Below, piece after piece: positions 53,533 to 64,000 of a stretch of 64,000 nucleotides of DNA. Numbering within the stretch: position 1 is the stretch's first letter; each line of letters opens with the position of its first letter. The translations under genes were made by a program, and so were the position numbers. The notes beneath the pieces were generated by a model. It saw only the letters and a list, made by a program, of their open reading frames with translations, was not told where the DNA came from and ran no database searches. The DNA lies in contig NC_135893.1 of the NCBI RefSeq assembly GCF_964194155.1, positions 10,044,001-10,108,000 on the forward strand, given 5' to 3'. This DNA comes from Cetorhinus maximus (lineage: Eukaryota).

Positions 53533-53862
53533 TAGAACAAAGAACAAAGAAAAGTACAGCACAGGAACAGGTCCTTCGGCCCTCCTGGCCTGCGCCGATC
53601 ATATTGCCCATCAACTAAAAGATTTTGCACTTCTGGGGTCCGTATCCCTCTATTCCCATCCTATTCATGTATTTGTCAAGCTGCCTCTTAAACAACACTA
53701 CCGTACCTGCTTCCACCACCTCCTCTGGCAGCGAGTTCCAGACACTCACTACCCTCTGCGTAAAAAACTTGCCCCGCACATCTCCTCTATAGTTTTCTCC
53801 TCTCACCTTAAATCTGTGTCCCCTAGTAATTGACTCTTCCACCCTGTGAAAAAGCTTCTGAC
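53533..53862 (-). mobile_element. CR1 (HER1-like) 3' end
   Basis: Encodes SITRGHRFKVRG...FFTQRVVSVWNSLP, with a microsatellite-like tail. Confidence 0.85.
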
Positions 53863-54420
53863 TAGGTGGACGCTCCTGGGTGTTGAGCAATAACAGGATC
53901 CAGCGTGGCTCAGCTGCCCTGGGCAGTCGGGTTACCTGCCAACAATAACTTATATAGCACCATTCATGTAGTAAAATGTCCCAAAGCTCATCACAGGCAC
54001 ATTATCCAATTAAATTTGACACCAAGCTACATAAGGAAATAATTAGGGCTTGTGACCCAAAGTCTGGTTTAAGAGATTGGTTTTAACAAGAATCTTAAAG
54101 GAGGCAGAGATTGGGAGCAAATTCAGAAGCTTTGGGCCAAGGCAGTTGAAGGCATGGTGGTCAGTGCTGAAACAAAGAAAATCACATCTGAAGGCTGGCC
54201 GGCAGGTAACTCGACTGCCAAAGGGCAGCTGAGCCACGCTCGACCTTGTTAACGCTCAACATCCAGGAGCGTGCACCTTGCAAACACTGGATATAATGAG
54301 AGGCGGGGACTGCCACTGGCTTCACCTGCCTGTGGCTCAGGGATATGTGGCTCAGGTGAAACGTAATCGTACCCGAGGGCTGCTGATGCCTCAGTAAGCG
54401 AATCCCAGCCCCTTCAAAAG

Positions 54421-54562
54421 GGGGGAGTAGATTAGAAGATATAAAGATAGGGGGAGTAGATTAGAAGATATAAAGATAGGGGGAGTAGATTAGAAGATAT
54501 AAAGATAGGGGGAGTAGGTTAGAAGATATAAAGATAGGGGGAGTAGATTAGAAGATATAAAG
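54421..54562. repeat. 29-bp minisatellite, about 4.9 copies
   Basis: Unit GGGGGAGTAGATTAGAAGATATAAAGATA starts at 54421, 54450, 54479, 54508 and 54537, with one A>G variant. Confidence 0.95.
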
Positions 54563-56709
54563 CAAGGATCCCAATGTTATGAAAAGGTTCAGGAGATGTT
54601 GTTTTGTTTACAAACACATCACTTGCGAACCTGCGTCACGTCATCGATTGAATGGAAACAATGTACAGCTTCTTTAGAGGTTTTTTTTTGCTTCCTGAAC
54701 AACAACAACCTGCATTTATATAGTGCCTTTAATGTCACCAAAACATTGGCAAATACTTTTCCTTGAAGGTGCTGCCCGTTTAACAGTGGATGTTTGTATA
54801 TATTACAAACGGTGCTACCGATCACCAAGCAGCAGAACTGTGCAACTCCCCTGTCTCCTCTACTCAGGCTTAAGCTTGTGCCTTTAAATCCACAGTCTGC
54901 CTTCATACACGCAATGTGTCAGTGTCAGTGAGAATTGGCTCTAGCGCAAGACATTCAATTTGGGTCATTGCAGTGAGAACAGAGGCGGGATTTCAGCTGT
55001 AACTAGAGCCTTGATTTGCATTGCCTGGAAAACCAGAAAAATGAACTCACCTAAGCCATTACCTTATAATAAATTTAGCAGCATCCTGGGGAAGGCTGGG
55101 GAGGCGTTGGCTCTCACAATTATCCCATTGTCTTGATTTTTGATTTTATTTTTCCCTTTTTTTAAAAAGGATAATCTGTACTTTGCCTTGAGTCACAATT
55201 TAATTGGGTCAGATGTTTATTTATAAATCTCCATGCACTGACAAAATGTTGTGATCTGCTGAGCCAGCTCCTGGAAGCTAGAGTGAGTACCGTGAGTAAA
55301 ATGAGATGGAATTGGGGCTGCTAATCAGCCTAGATTATTAATGGGTGCCCGTGCAGACTGTGAGACTGTATATCATGTGCTCTTGTGAAAGGGAACAATG
55401 CAAAGAGTGGGATAGAATCCCTTTTCCTGGAGACTTGCACTCAAATGCTTCCTTTTACAACGCAGCTTTTGTATGCTTCAAGTTGATCTCAGTATAGCAA
55501 CTGGATAACATGGGAATTAAAACTCTGGGAATGCACCAAAGCTTTCTAATTGTCAGGGGCTCCCGTAGACCCTTCGGTGGAGAGCTGCAGCGTTAAAGCT
55601 CTCAAATAAACTGTCAGTTAAAATGCTACCAGTGAGTGCTGAGGAGTCACAAGTACAAGAAGATCTTGGGCTTGCCCTTCAGCCTGTGCCTCTGGGAAAC
55701 TGGAAAGTTGCCCATGGTTTTGGATTTTATTGGCTATTCACTGACCTTGCTGGAAGGTGTGCGTGTTGGATGAGAGCAGGGGTTGGGCATGTCCTTAATG
55801 GTGAAATAACTCGCTAACACTCAGCGACAAATGTAGAGCGAGGTACTGGAGAGTTACTGTACCAGGGCAATCAAGAAGAGAAATTAGCGAAAGCAAACTT
55901 TTTTTTTTTAAAAAGGAATACAGCAAATAGCTTCTTATTGAAGTGTGATCACACTTTCACTGGGCTCTCAAGCATTGCAAGGTACTTAGAATTTAATGTG
56001 TGTGAACAGGCTAAGAACATTTGACCATTAAGCATCCCATTTCTGGCAGACCAACTTAATCGTTAAGAAATAACTGCAGGTAAAAAAAAGACAATGATCG
56101 AATTTATTCCAGATGCTGGAAGTTAATGGAGTGAGAATTCACAGATACCAATTATAATCCATCTTAGTCGATGCTGATCCATTGACCTTGGAACTTCATT
56201 CTCACTGCAACTTCTCTGCAAGACAGGGATAAAAAAATCATTCCAATCTCTAAAGTTACGACTTTTCTGCCTTCACAGTGGCAACTTCTGATTGCAGCTC
56301 GTGGTGAAGTCTTTTAAGGTGACTTAGAGTCGAAGGATGTTGGTGCTGAGGAGTGCAGCATTTTCCATTTCAGACAGCTAGTGTTCCCCCATCAGCCCCC
56401 GCCAAGGTCAGAGACATTATGGTTTAGGGGAGACTGATGTTCCCTCTACTACCTACCCGAGGCTGGTGCCTTAGTACCGAACTCGAGTGCACCAACCGTC
56501 TTCCATTACCCTCCCCAAATATCTGGGCATCTATCAGATAAGCGAGTTAGCAAATGTGGTGCTAATTAAGGACAGAGTTGTCCTGTGGAGTTCATGCAGC
56601 TGAATTGAAACTGCCTCAACTCATTTCACAGGGAACCCCTGCAGTGAACAAATAGTTCAGCCTGGTTTAGATTATAATCAGAGGTGTAAGGCTAGCGTCT
56701 AGTCCCGTG

Positions 56710-56932
56710 TGTTAATATGGCAATCACCTTGTTAAAACCAATTGCCAGTTAAACAGGTGATGGGCATTGATTATGCCATCTAAATAGAATAAAAAGATCC
56801 AGCTGGAACACTTTGTGTGGAAGCTACTTGGAAGTCAGTAGCACTGAGGAGTTGTCTTGAAAATAAACCAGCTTGAAGCGAAAGACCAGCCTGGATTAAT
56901 TCTTCCACCACAACCTCTTATTGTGACTAACG
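56710..56932 (+). repeat. 5' LTR of the Copia element
   Basis: TGTTAA...CTAACG (decayed TAACA) directly before the PBS, with AATAAA at 56862. An alternative start at 56730 is possible. Confidence 0.6.
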
Positions 56933-56946
56933 TGGTAGCAGAGGAT
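56933..56946 (+). promoter_or_regulatory. Primer binding site for initiator tRNA-Met
   Basis: TGGTAGCAGAGGAT is complementary to the 3' end of vertebrate tRNAi-Met. Confidence 0.85.
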
Positions 56947-59430
56947 AAACTTTAAGCTTTGCTGATTGATTGCTGCATATTGAAGATTTCTGCCTCAGTC
57001 CTCTGAGGGAAAAGAAGTGTACTATTGCTGACAACTTAAGTTACAGAAGGACAGTGTAAAATTGCAATCTTTGACTATCCACCAATTTTTTCTGACCCTG
57101 AACCTTATCAGCAATGGAAGGCTGAAGTTGAAATGTGGACCCAGGTTACTTCCATGTCCCGGAAGGAGCAAGGTGTGGCTTTGGCGTTGTCATTACCAGG
57201 CAAAAGTAAGATAAGGTGTAAGGTATTTTCAGAGTGGAAAGTGGATGATTTGGATCATGAAGAGGGATTGGACCTTCTGTTACAATTTTTGGATAAGTTT
57301 TACAAAAAGGATGAGTTATTGGAAGCATATGAAGTTTGGACGATCTCTGATGGTTTTAGGAAATCAGATGATCAGCCCATGGAAGAATATATCATGGATT
57401 TTGATAAATGGTACAGGAGATTACAGCGATTTGAACTTGAAATTCCAGAATCAGTATTGACATTTAAATTACTGGACTGTTCTCACATTTCCCATGTTGA
57501 TAGTCTTTTAATGCTAACAGGCGTTCAGTTCCGGGGGAGAGAATCTCTCTTGATCAAATGGCGGCTGCCCTAAAAAAAATTTCTGGGGAAACAGTTGTTC
57601 CCTACCACTTTCTTAGCAAATACGAACAACTATGCTGTAAAACAAAGGATAGAGGATTCAATGGTGACCGAATTTCGCTGTCGACCCAATATTAGACGAA
57701 GATTCCAATACAAAGATGGGGTTAATGACAAGTGGTCTGAAAATGGTCATACCCCTAGCCAATTTGAGAATGGGGACAAAAAGCGTGCCTGGGATGATGA
57801 CCGTAGGCGTTTAAACCCAAAAAATGCATGGGGAATGGCTAATCGGTGTTTTTGGTGTGATTCCCAGTATTGCTACATGAAGAACTGCCCACAGTGAAGG
57901 AATCACATTTTTGAAGTGACCCATGAGACAGATTCATCTGAAATTGAAAATGATGATGGTGACTGCCATGATGGAATTGTATTGATCACTGAGGGTTTGA
58001 GCCTGGTAATGAGTATCTTGATGGTAGATTCCTTCAACTGTGCAATTCTGGACAGTGGTTGCACTTCTACAGTGTGTGGCATGGACTGGCTTGACTGCTA
58101 TCTGGAGTCTCTCAATGAGGCAGACCAGCGGAATGTCAAGGAGTATGAAAGCTCTACCTGCTTGAGGTTCAGAGATGGCAATACATTAACATCCTCCAAA
58201 CAGGTGGTCCCCCCTTGTAAGATAGCAGGGATCAATCTGTTTATCAGTACTGATGTGGTTTCTAGCGAGATACCGCTATTGTTGAGTCGACCTGTGATGA
58301 AGAATGATAGAGTAGCCGTATTTGGAAAAATGTGGATCTATGTTTTACTCGATCAGGCCATTACTGCCTTCCAGAGATTTCCACTTAGAAAGCCAGAGAT
58401 TTCTCATCAAAAAGTTCATGAAGTTTTGTTAACTGCTGAGAATGAGAATTTGGTGGACAAAAAGAAGATAATTTGGAAATTAAGACAGTTTGCATATCTG
58501 GTGCCACAGAAACTGAAGACTCTACTTCGAGATGTGGGAGTGGCCGATAAAGGATATGATGACCTTATTGAACGAATTACTGCTCAGTGTGATATTTGCC
58601 TTAAGTATCGCAAGACACCACCGCGTCCTGTTGTGAGCTTGCCACTAGCCAGGGAGTTTAACGATGTAGTGGCAATGGACTTGAAAGTTTGGGACAAGGA
58701 TAGGGTTTTCTTTTTACTACACTTCATAGATATGGCAACCAGATTTAGCCTATCCACTGTGATTCTTGGTTAAGACAAAAGGACCATTGTTGATAAAGCC
58801 ATGGTGAAATGGGTAGGAACGGAATTAAGAACAACAATGAAGTTCCTCACAGATAATGGTGGGGAATTCGCCAATGAGGAATTTTGAGATATGTGCGAAA
58901 ATTTAAACATCATAGTTAAGCACACTGCAGCTGAGAACCCATTTAGTGATGGTCTTTGTAAAAGAAACCATGCAGTAATAGATGACATATCACATAAAAT
59001 ATTAGCTGATCAACTGGATTGTAAATTGCAAACGGCACTATCATGAGTGGTGCACACAAAGAACTCTTTGCAATTGGTTGGGGGGTTCAGTCCCTACCAG
59101 TTTGTGTACGGAAGAAATCTGAAGTTACCGTCAATGTTGACAGATGCTCCTCCTGCTCTACAAGGGATTAGCATTAGCTCCACCTTTTCTGCTCTTCTGA
59201 AAGCTTTGCACGCGGGCAGAAAAGCTTTCATTATAGCTGAGGTTCCGGAGAAAATTCAGCAAGCCCTATGGCACCACATAAGACCACCGGGAATGCAGTT
59301 TAGACAAGGAGACATGGTGTATTATGAAAGGGAAGGCCAGAAAGAGTAGAAAGGACCTGGCAAGGTAATAGGGAGTGATGGGAAAGTAGTAGTTGTGCAA
59401 CATGGCAATCAAACTGTTAGAGTACATTCT

Positions 59431-60367
59431 TATAGATTACAAAAGTAGGGAGGTCAAGTTGGAGTTGTATAGAACCATGGTGAGGCCACAGCTGGAGTAC
59501 TGTATGCAGTTCTGGTCACCACATTATAGGAAGGATGTGATTGCACTGGAGGGGGTGCAGAGGAGATTCACCAGGATGTTGCCTGGGATGAAGCATTTAA
59601 GTTATGAAAAGAGGTTGGATAGACTTGGGTTGTTTTCGTTGGAACAGAGAAGACTGAGGGGCGACCTGATCGAGGTGCACAAGATTGTGAGGGGCATGGA
59701 CAGGGTAGATAGGGAGCTAGGTACTCCCAGATGGTTCATATAAAGCCAAGGCGAGATTATTAGCCCGAGGCTTTGAAGAGAGACTAGGAGTTGACTTGTC
59801 TACTGCGGGGAAAGTGAGTTTGAAGATTTTTTTTAAAGCTATTTTGGCATCCTATTCCTGGGAGTGCAAATCGATTGACTTAAAAGCTGCGTTTTTACAG
59901 GGGGAGAAGTTTCAAAGGGATGTTTTTTTTTTGAAACCACCTAAAGAAGCCGGGGATGTGGAAGGAAAGCTGTGGAAATTGAACAAGTGTGTTTTTGGGT
60001 TGAATGATATCAAGAGTTTGGTATTTTTCCAAGAGGTCTGTCCTTAGTTGAAGGGTCAGTCACAAGGGGGCATAAGTTCAACGTGAGGGGCAGGAGGCTT
60101 AGGGGGGAATGTGAGGAAAAACTTTTTTTACCCAGAGGGTGGTGACGGTCTGGAATGCGCTGCCTGGGAGGGTGGTGGAGGCGGGTTGCCTCACATCCTT
60201 TAAAAAGTACCTGGATGAGCACTTGGCACATCATAACATTCAAGGCTATGGGCCAAGTGCTGGTAAATGTGATTAGGTAGGTAGGTCAGGTGTTTCCCAC
60301 GTGTCGGTGCAGACTCAATGGGCCGAAGGGCCTCTTCTGCACTGTGATTCTGTGATTCAGTGATTCA
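59431..60367 (+). mobile_element. CR1 (HER1-like) 3' fragment inserted in the Copia integrase C-terminus
   Basis: Encodes LYRTMVRPQLEYCMQFWSP, with the tail gggccgaagggcctcttctgcact(gtgattc.)n. The Copia sequence rejoins as RVHS|.RLIG. Confidence 0.85.
59719..60044 (+). repeat. 326-bp direct copy of Copia RT 61101-61426, embedded in the CR1
   Basis: Aligned by eye, about 12 differences. Confidence 0.9.
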
Positions 60368-61650
60368 CGGTTAATTGGTACTGAATATACCTTTACAGGT
60401 TCTGAACAAGCCATAGAATGTGAGGAGACACCATGCATTTCACATACACATAGACTGGGTAGTTATGAGGAGCAGACAACGGCAGATACAGGGTTGACTG
60501 ACTATGAATAAAGTAATACTGAGGTACAGGACAAGGCTATTCGTCCAAAAGGGCAACCGCCCAAAGTAGGAACAGAAGTAACATACATGCCAGAAGGGAC
60601 CAGTGTATGGAGGGATGCCACTCTCACAGGGAGAGCAGGAAAGGCCACGGTAAATAGAAACATTGGCTAAACGTGCAGGATGAAGGACAGGAGACAAGAC
60701 CTATCAATTGGAAAACTGAGGTAAAGATGTGGAAACCCAGGAAGCGCAGTATGAGTTCTGACAGTGGACCAGAAAGTGTTCGTGACCCCAGAAAGAAATC
60801 ACGGACTTGCGAATGGAGTTCTGCTCGCACGGGAGAACGATCATATAGTAGCAGTCCAGAAAGGGAGACGAATGTGAGTAGAGGCTGTAGCTTAACAAGC
60901 AGGACTAGAGAGCAAGCTAGCAATCTCAATAGAAGTAGAAGTCCTTATGGACGAGAGATTCTAGCAGCTGCTAATAAATTGGAAAGTAAGCTGATAAAGG
61001 AAGCCAAACGGAAAGAGTTAGAAAGTTGGAAGGAATTTGGGGTATATTCTGAAATACCTGACAGAGGACAGCCAGCTTTACAGATGGATCTGTACAGAAA
61101 AGGTACTCCCAGATGGTTCATATAAGGCCAAGGCGAGATCAGTAGCCCGAGGCTTTGAAGAGAGACTAGGAGTTGACTTGTTTACTGCGGGGAAAGTGAG
61201 TTTGAAAATTTTTTTTAAGCTATTTTGGCATCCTATTCCTGGGAGTGCAAATCAGTTGACTTAAAAGCTGCGTTTTTACAGGGGGAGAAGTTTCAAAGGG
61301 ATGTTTTTTTTTTTGAAACCACCTAAAGAAGCCGGGGATGTGGAAGGAAAGCTGTGGAAATTGAACAAGTGTGTTTACGGGTTGAATGATGTCAAGAGTT
61401 TGGTATTTTTCCAAGAGGTCTGTCCTGTTGAAAACAGGTTGCGTTCAGTTAAAGGCAGACCCCGCGATGTTCTACTGGTACCATCAGGAGAAACTAGCTG
61501 GAATCTTTATCACGCATGTTGATGATTTCCTGTGGGGAGGATCTGTAGAATTTGAACAATGGGTAATCGAGAAGATAAAGAAGGAATTCCAGGTCAGAAG
61601 CCAGGTTTCAGGGACCTTTAAATAAATAGGTTTAAACATTAAGCAGAGCA

Positions 61651-64000
61651 GTGGGAGGTGATGGCGTAGTGGTATTGTCGCTGGACTAGTAATCCAGAGA
61701 CCCAGGTTTGAATCCCAGCAGATGGTGGAATCTGAATTCAATAAAAATCTGGAATTAAATCAATGATGACCATGATTGTCGATTTGTTGTAAAAACCCAT
61801 CTCACAGTAACAAAATCCTTACCTGGTCTGGCCTACATGTGACTCCAGACCGGCAGCAATGTGGTTGACTCTTAAATGGCCGAGCAAGCCACTCAGTTGT
61901 ATCAAACTGCTACAAAGGCTCAATGAAACTGGACGGACCACCCGGCGTCGATCTAGGCGCCAGAAACGACAATGGCAATTGCAGCGGTGTCGACCCTGCA
62001 AAGTCCTCCTTACTAACATCTTGGGGGCTAGTTCCAAAACTGGGAGAGCAAGCAAAAGCCTGACATAGTCATCCTCACGGAATCGTACCTTACAGATAAT
62101 GTTCCAGATTCCACCATTGCCATCATGCAGAGGTGGTGGCACAGTGGCATACAGTCGGGAGGGAGTTGCCTTGGGAGTCCTCTGGTCCCCATGAAGTCTC
62201 ATGACATCAGGCCAAACATGGGCAAGGAAACCTCCTGCTGATTACCACATACCGCCCTCCCTCAGCTGATGAATCAGTGCTCCTCCATGTTGAACATTGC
62301 TTAGAGGAAGCACTGAGGGTGGCAAGGGTGCAGAATGTACTCTGGGTGGGAGGCTTCAATGTCCATCACCAAGAGTGGCTCGGTAGCACCACTACTGACA
62401 GAACTGGCAAAGTCCTAAAGGACATAGCTGCTAGACTGGGCCTGCGGCAGGTGGTGAGGGAACCAACATGAGGGAAAAACATAATTGACATCATCCTCAC
62501 CATCCTACCTGCCGCAGATGTATATAGTATCGGTAGGAGTGATCACCGCACAGTCGTTGTGGAGATGAAGTCCTGCCTTCACATTGAGGCATGTTGTGTG
62601 GCACTACCACCATGCTAAATGGGATAGATAGCAACTAAAGGTCTATGAGGCACTGTGGGCCATCAGCAGCAACAGAATTGTACTCGAACACAACCTGTAA
62701 CCTCATGGCCCAGCAGATCCCCCACTCTACCATTACCATCAAGCCAGGGAATCAACCCTGGTTCAATGAAGAGTGCAGGAGGGCATGCCAGGAGCTGCAC
62801 CAGGCATACCTAAAAATGAGGTGTCAACCTGGTGAAGCTATAACACAGGACTACTTCCATGCCAAACAGCGTAAGCAGCAAGTGATAGACAGAGTTAAGC
62901 GATCCCACAACCAATGGATCAGATCCAAGCTCTGCAGTTCTGCTACATCCCATCGTGAATGGTGGTGGACAATTAAACAACTCACTGGAGGAGGAGCCTC
63001 CACAAATATCCCCATCCTCAATGATGGAGGAGCCCAGCACTGCAGTTCAAAAGATAAGGCTGAAGCATTCGCAACAATCTTCAGGCAGAAGTGCTGAGTG
63101 GATGATCCATCTCGGCCTCCTCCGTAGGTCCACAGCATCACAGATGCCAGTCTACAGCCAATTCAATTCACTCCACGTGATATCAGGAAACGACTGAAGG
63201 CACTGGATACTGCAAAGGCTATGGGCCCTGACAATATTCCGACAATAGTATTGAAGACTTGTGCTCCAGAACTTGCCACACCCCTAGCCAAGCTGTTCCA
63301 GTAACACTGGCATCTACCCAGCTATGTGGAAAATTGCCCAGGCATATCCTGTACACAAAAAGCAGAACAAATCCAACCTGGCCAATTACCGCCCCATCAG
63401 TCTATTCTCGATCATCGGTAAAATAATTGAAGGGGTTATCAACAGTGCTATCATGCAGCACTTACTTAGTAATAACCTGGTCACTGATGCCCAGTTTGGG
63501 TTCCACCAGGGGCACTCAGCTCCTGACCTCGTTACAGCCTTGGTTCAAACATGGAGAAAAGGGCTGAACTCCTGAGGTGACGTGAGGTGAGAGTGACTGC
63601 CCTTGACATCAAGGCAGCATTTGACCGAGTGCGGCATCAAGGAGCCCTAGCAAAACTGGAGTCAATGGGAATCAGGGGGAAAACTCTCTGCTGGCTAGAG
63701 TCATACCTAGCACAAAGGATGATGGTTGTGGCTGTTGGAGGTCAGTCATCTCAATTCCAGGACATCACTGCAGGAGTTCCTCAGGTTAGTGTCCTAGGCC
63801 CAACCATCTTTAGCTGCTTCATCAATGACCTTCCTTCCATCATAAGGCCAGAAGTGGGGATGTTCACTGATGATTGCACAGTGTTCAGCACCATTCACGA
63901 CTCCTCAGATACTGAAGCAGTCCATGTTCAAATGCAGCAAGACCTGGACAATATCCAGGCTTGGGCTGACAAGTGGCAAGTAACATTCATGCCACACAAG
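61651..64000 (+). mobile_element. CR1-group LINE with a tRNA-like 5' head and degenerate APE-RT, running off the window
   Basis: Head TGGCGTAGTGG...GGTTTGAATCCC. APE motifs VLLTNI..PDIVILTES, VGGFNVHH, SDH; linker QPWFNEEC; RT motifs NYRPISL, QFGF, ALDIKAAFD, GVPQ.SVLGP, FTDD. Confidence 0.85.

Larger units (their letters stand above)
56710..61650 (+). mobile_element. Decayed Ty1/Copia LTR retrotransposon, GalEa-like
   Basis: Domain order gag-PR-IN-RT. Gag knuckle CFWCDSQYCYMKNC; protease AILDSGCTSTVCG; integrase RQFA..CDIC, AMDL, TDNGGEF, KGPGKVIGSDGK; RT WICTEK..KAR..ARGFEE, DLKAAFLQG, VYGLND, HVDDFLWGG. Many stops and frameshifts. Confidence 0.9.
17101..64000 (+). other. AGRN: AGRN intron continuing beyond the window end
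   Basis: Starts at the GTAAGT donor. No exon encoding the first follistatin domain was found by eye downstream. Confidence 0.65.

Noticed and set aside
54421-54562. 29-bp repeats as a CRISPR array
   Set aside because: The units are head-to-tail with no spacers, there are no cas genes, and the context is eukaryotic.
57174-57195. TGT GGC TTT GGC (CGFG) as the agrin follistatin exon
   Set aside because: It lies within Copia gag in another frame, and the flanks do not encode RGML or AVCE.
59719-61426. RT next to two near-identical repeats, suggesting a diversity-generating retroelement (TR/VR)
   Set aside because: The differences are not adenine-specific (T/C, T/G and indels occur), the RT is Copia-type and decayed, and the repeat is itself RT sequence.
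61651-61725. tRNA gene
   Set aside because: It has A/B boxes and an anticodon-like hairpin but no clear acceptor stem, and it is the head of a repeated retroelement.

Overview
Repeat-rich vertebrate genomic DNA. The repeat repertoire (SacSINE1/Deu-type SINEs, HER1-like CR1, shark-type Penelope) points to a shark or other elasmobranch. The window lies inside the agrin (AGRN) gene on the + strand. It contains the alternative first coding exon of transmembrane (SN/TM) agrin (ATG 7827 to donor after 7992), a CpG-rich putative internal promoter upstream of it, and the 48-nt common exon at 17053-17100. I could not find the next exon (follistatin/Kazal, 'CRGMLCGFGAVC'), so the following intron appears to exceed 46 kb. 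That intron is filled with SINEs, CR1/L2 LINE fragments, GC-rich MITEs, Penelope-like elements carrying minimal hammerhead ribozyme motifs, a solo LTR and a decayed GalEa-like Ty1/Copia element. The main oddities are: a CR1 insertion inside the Copia element that holds a 326-bp copy of the Copia's own downstream RT sequence; a tRNA-headed LINE with no visible ORF1 plus its matching SINE; and several insertion-associated inverted duplications. All calls were made by eye, and most repeat boundaries are approximate.
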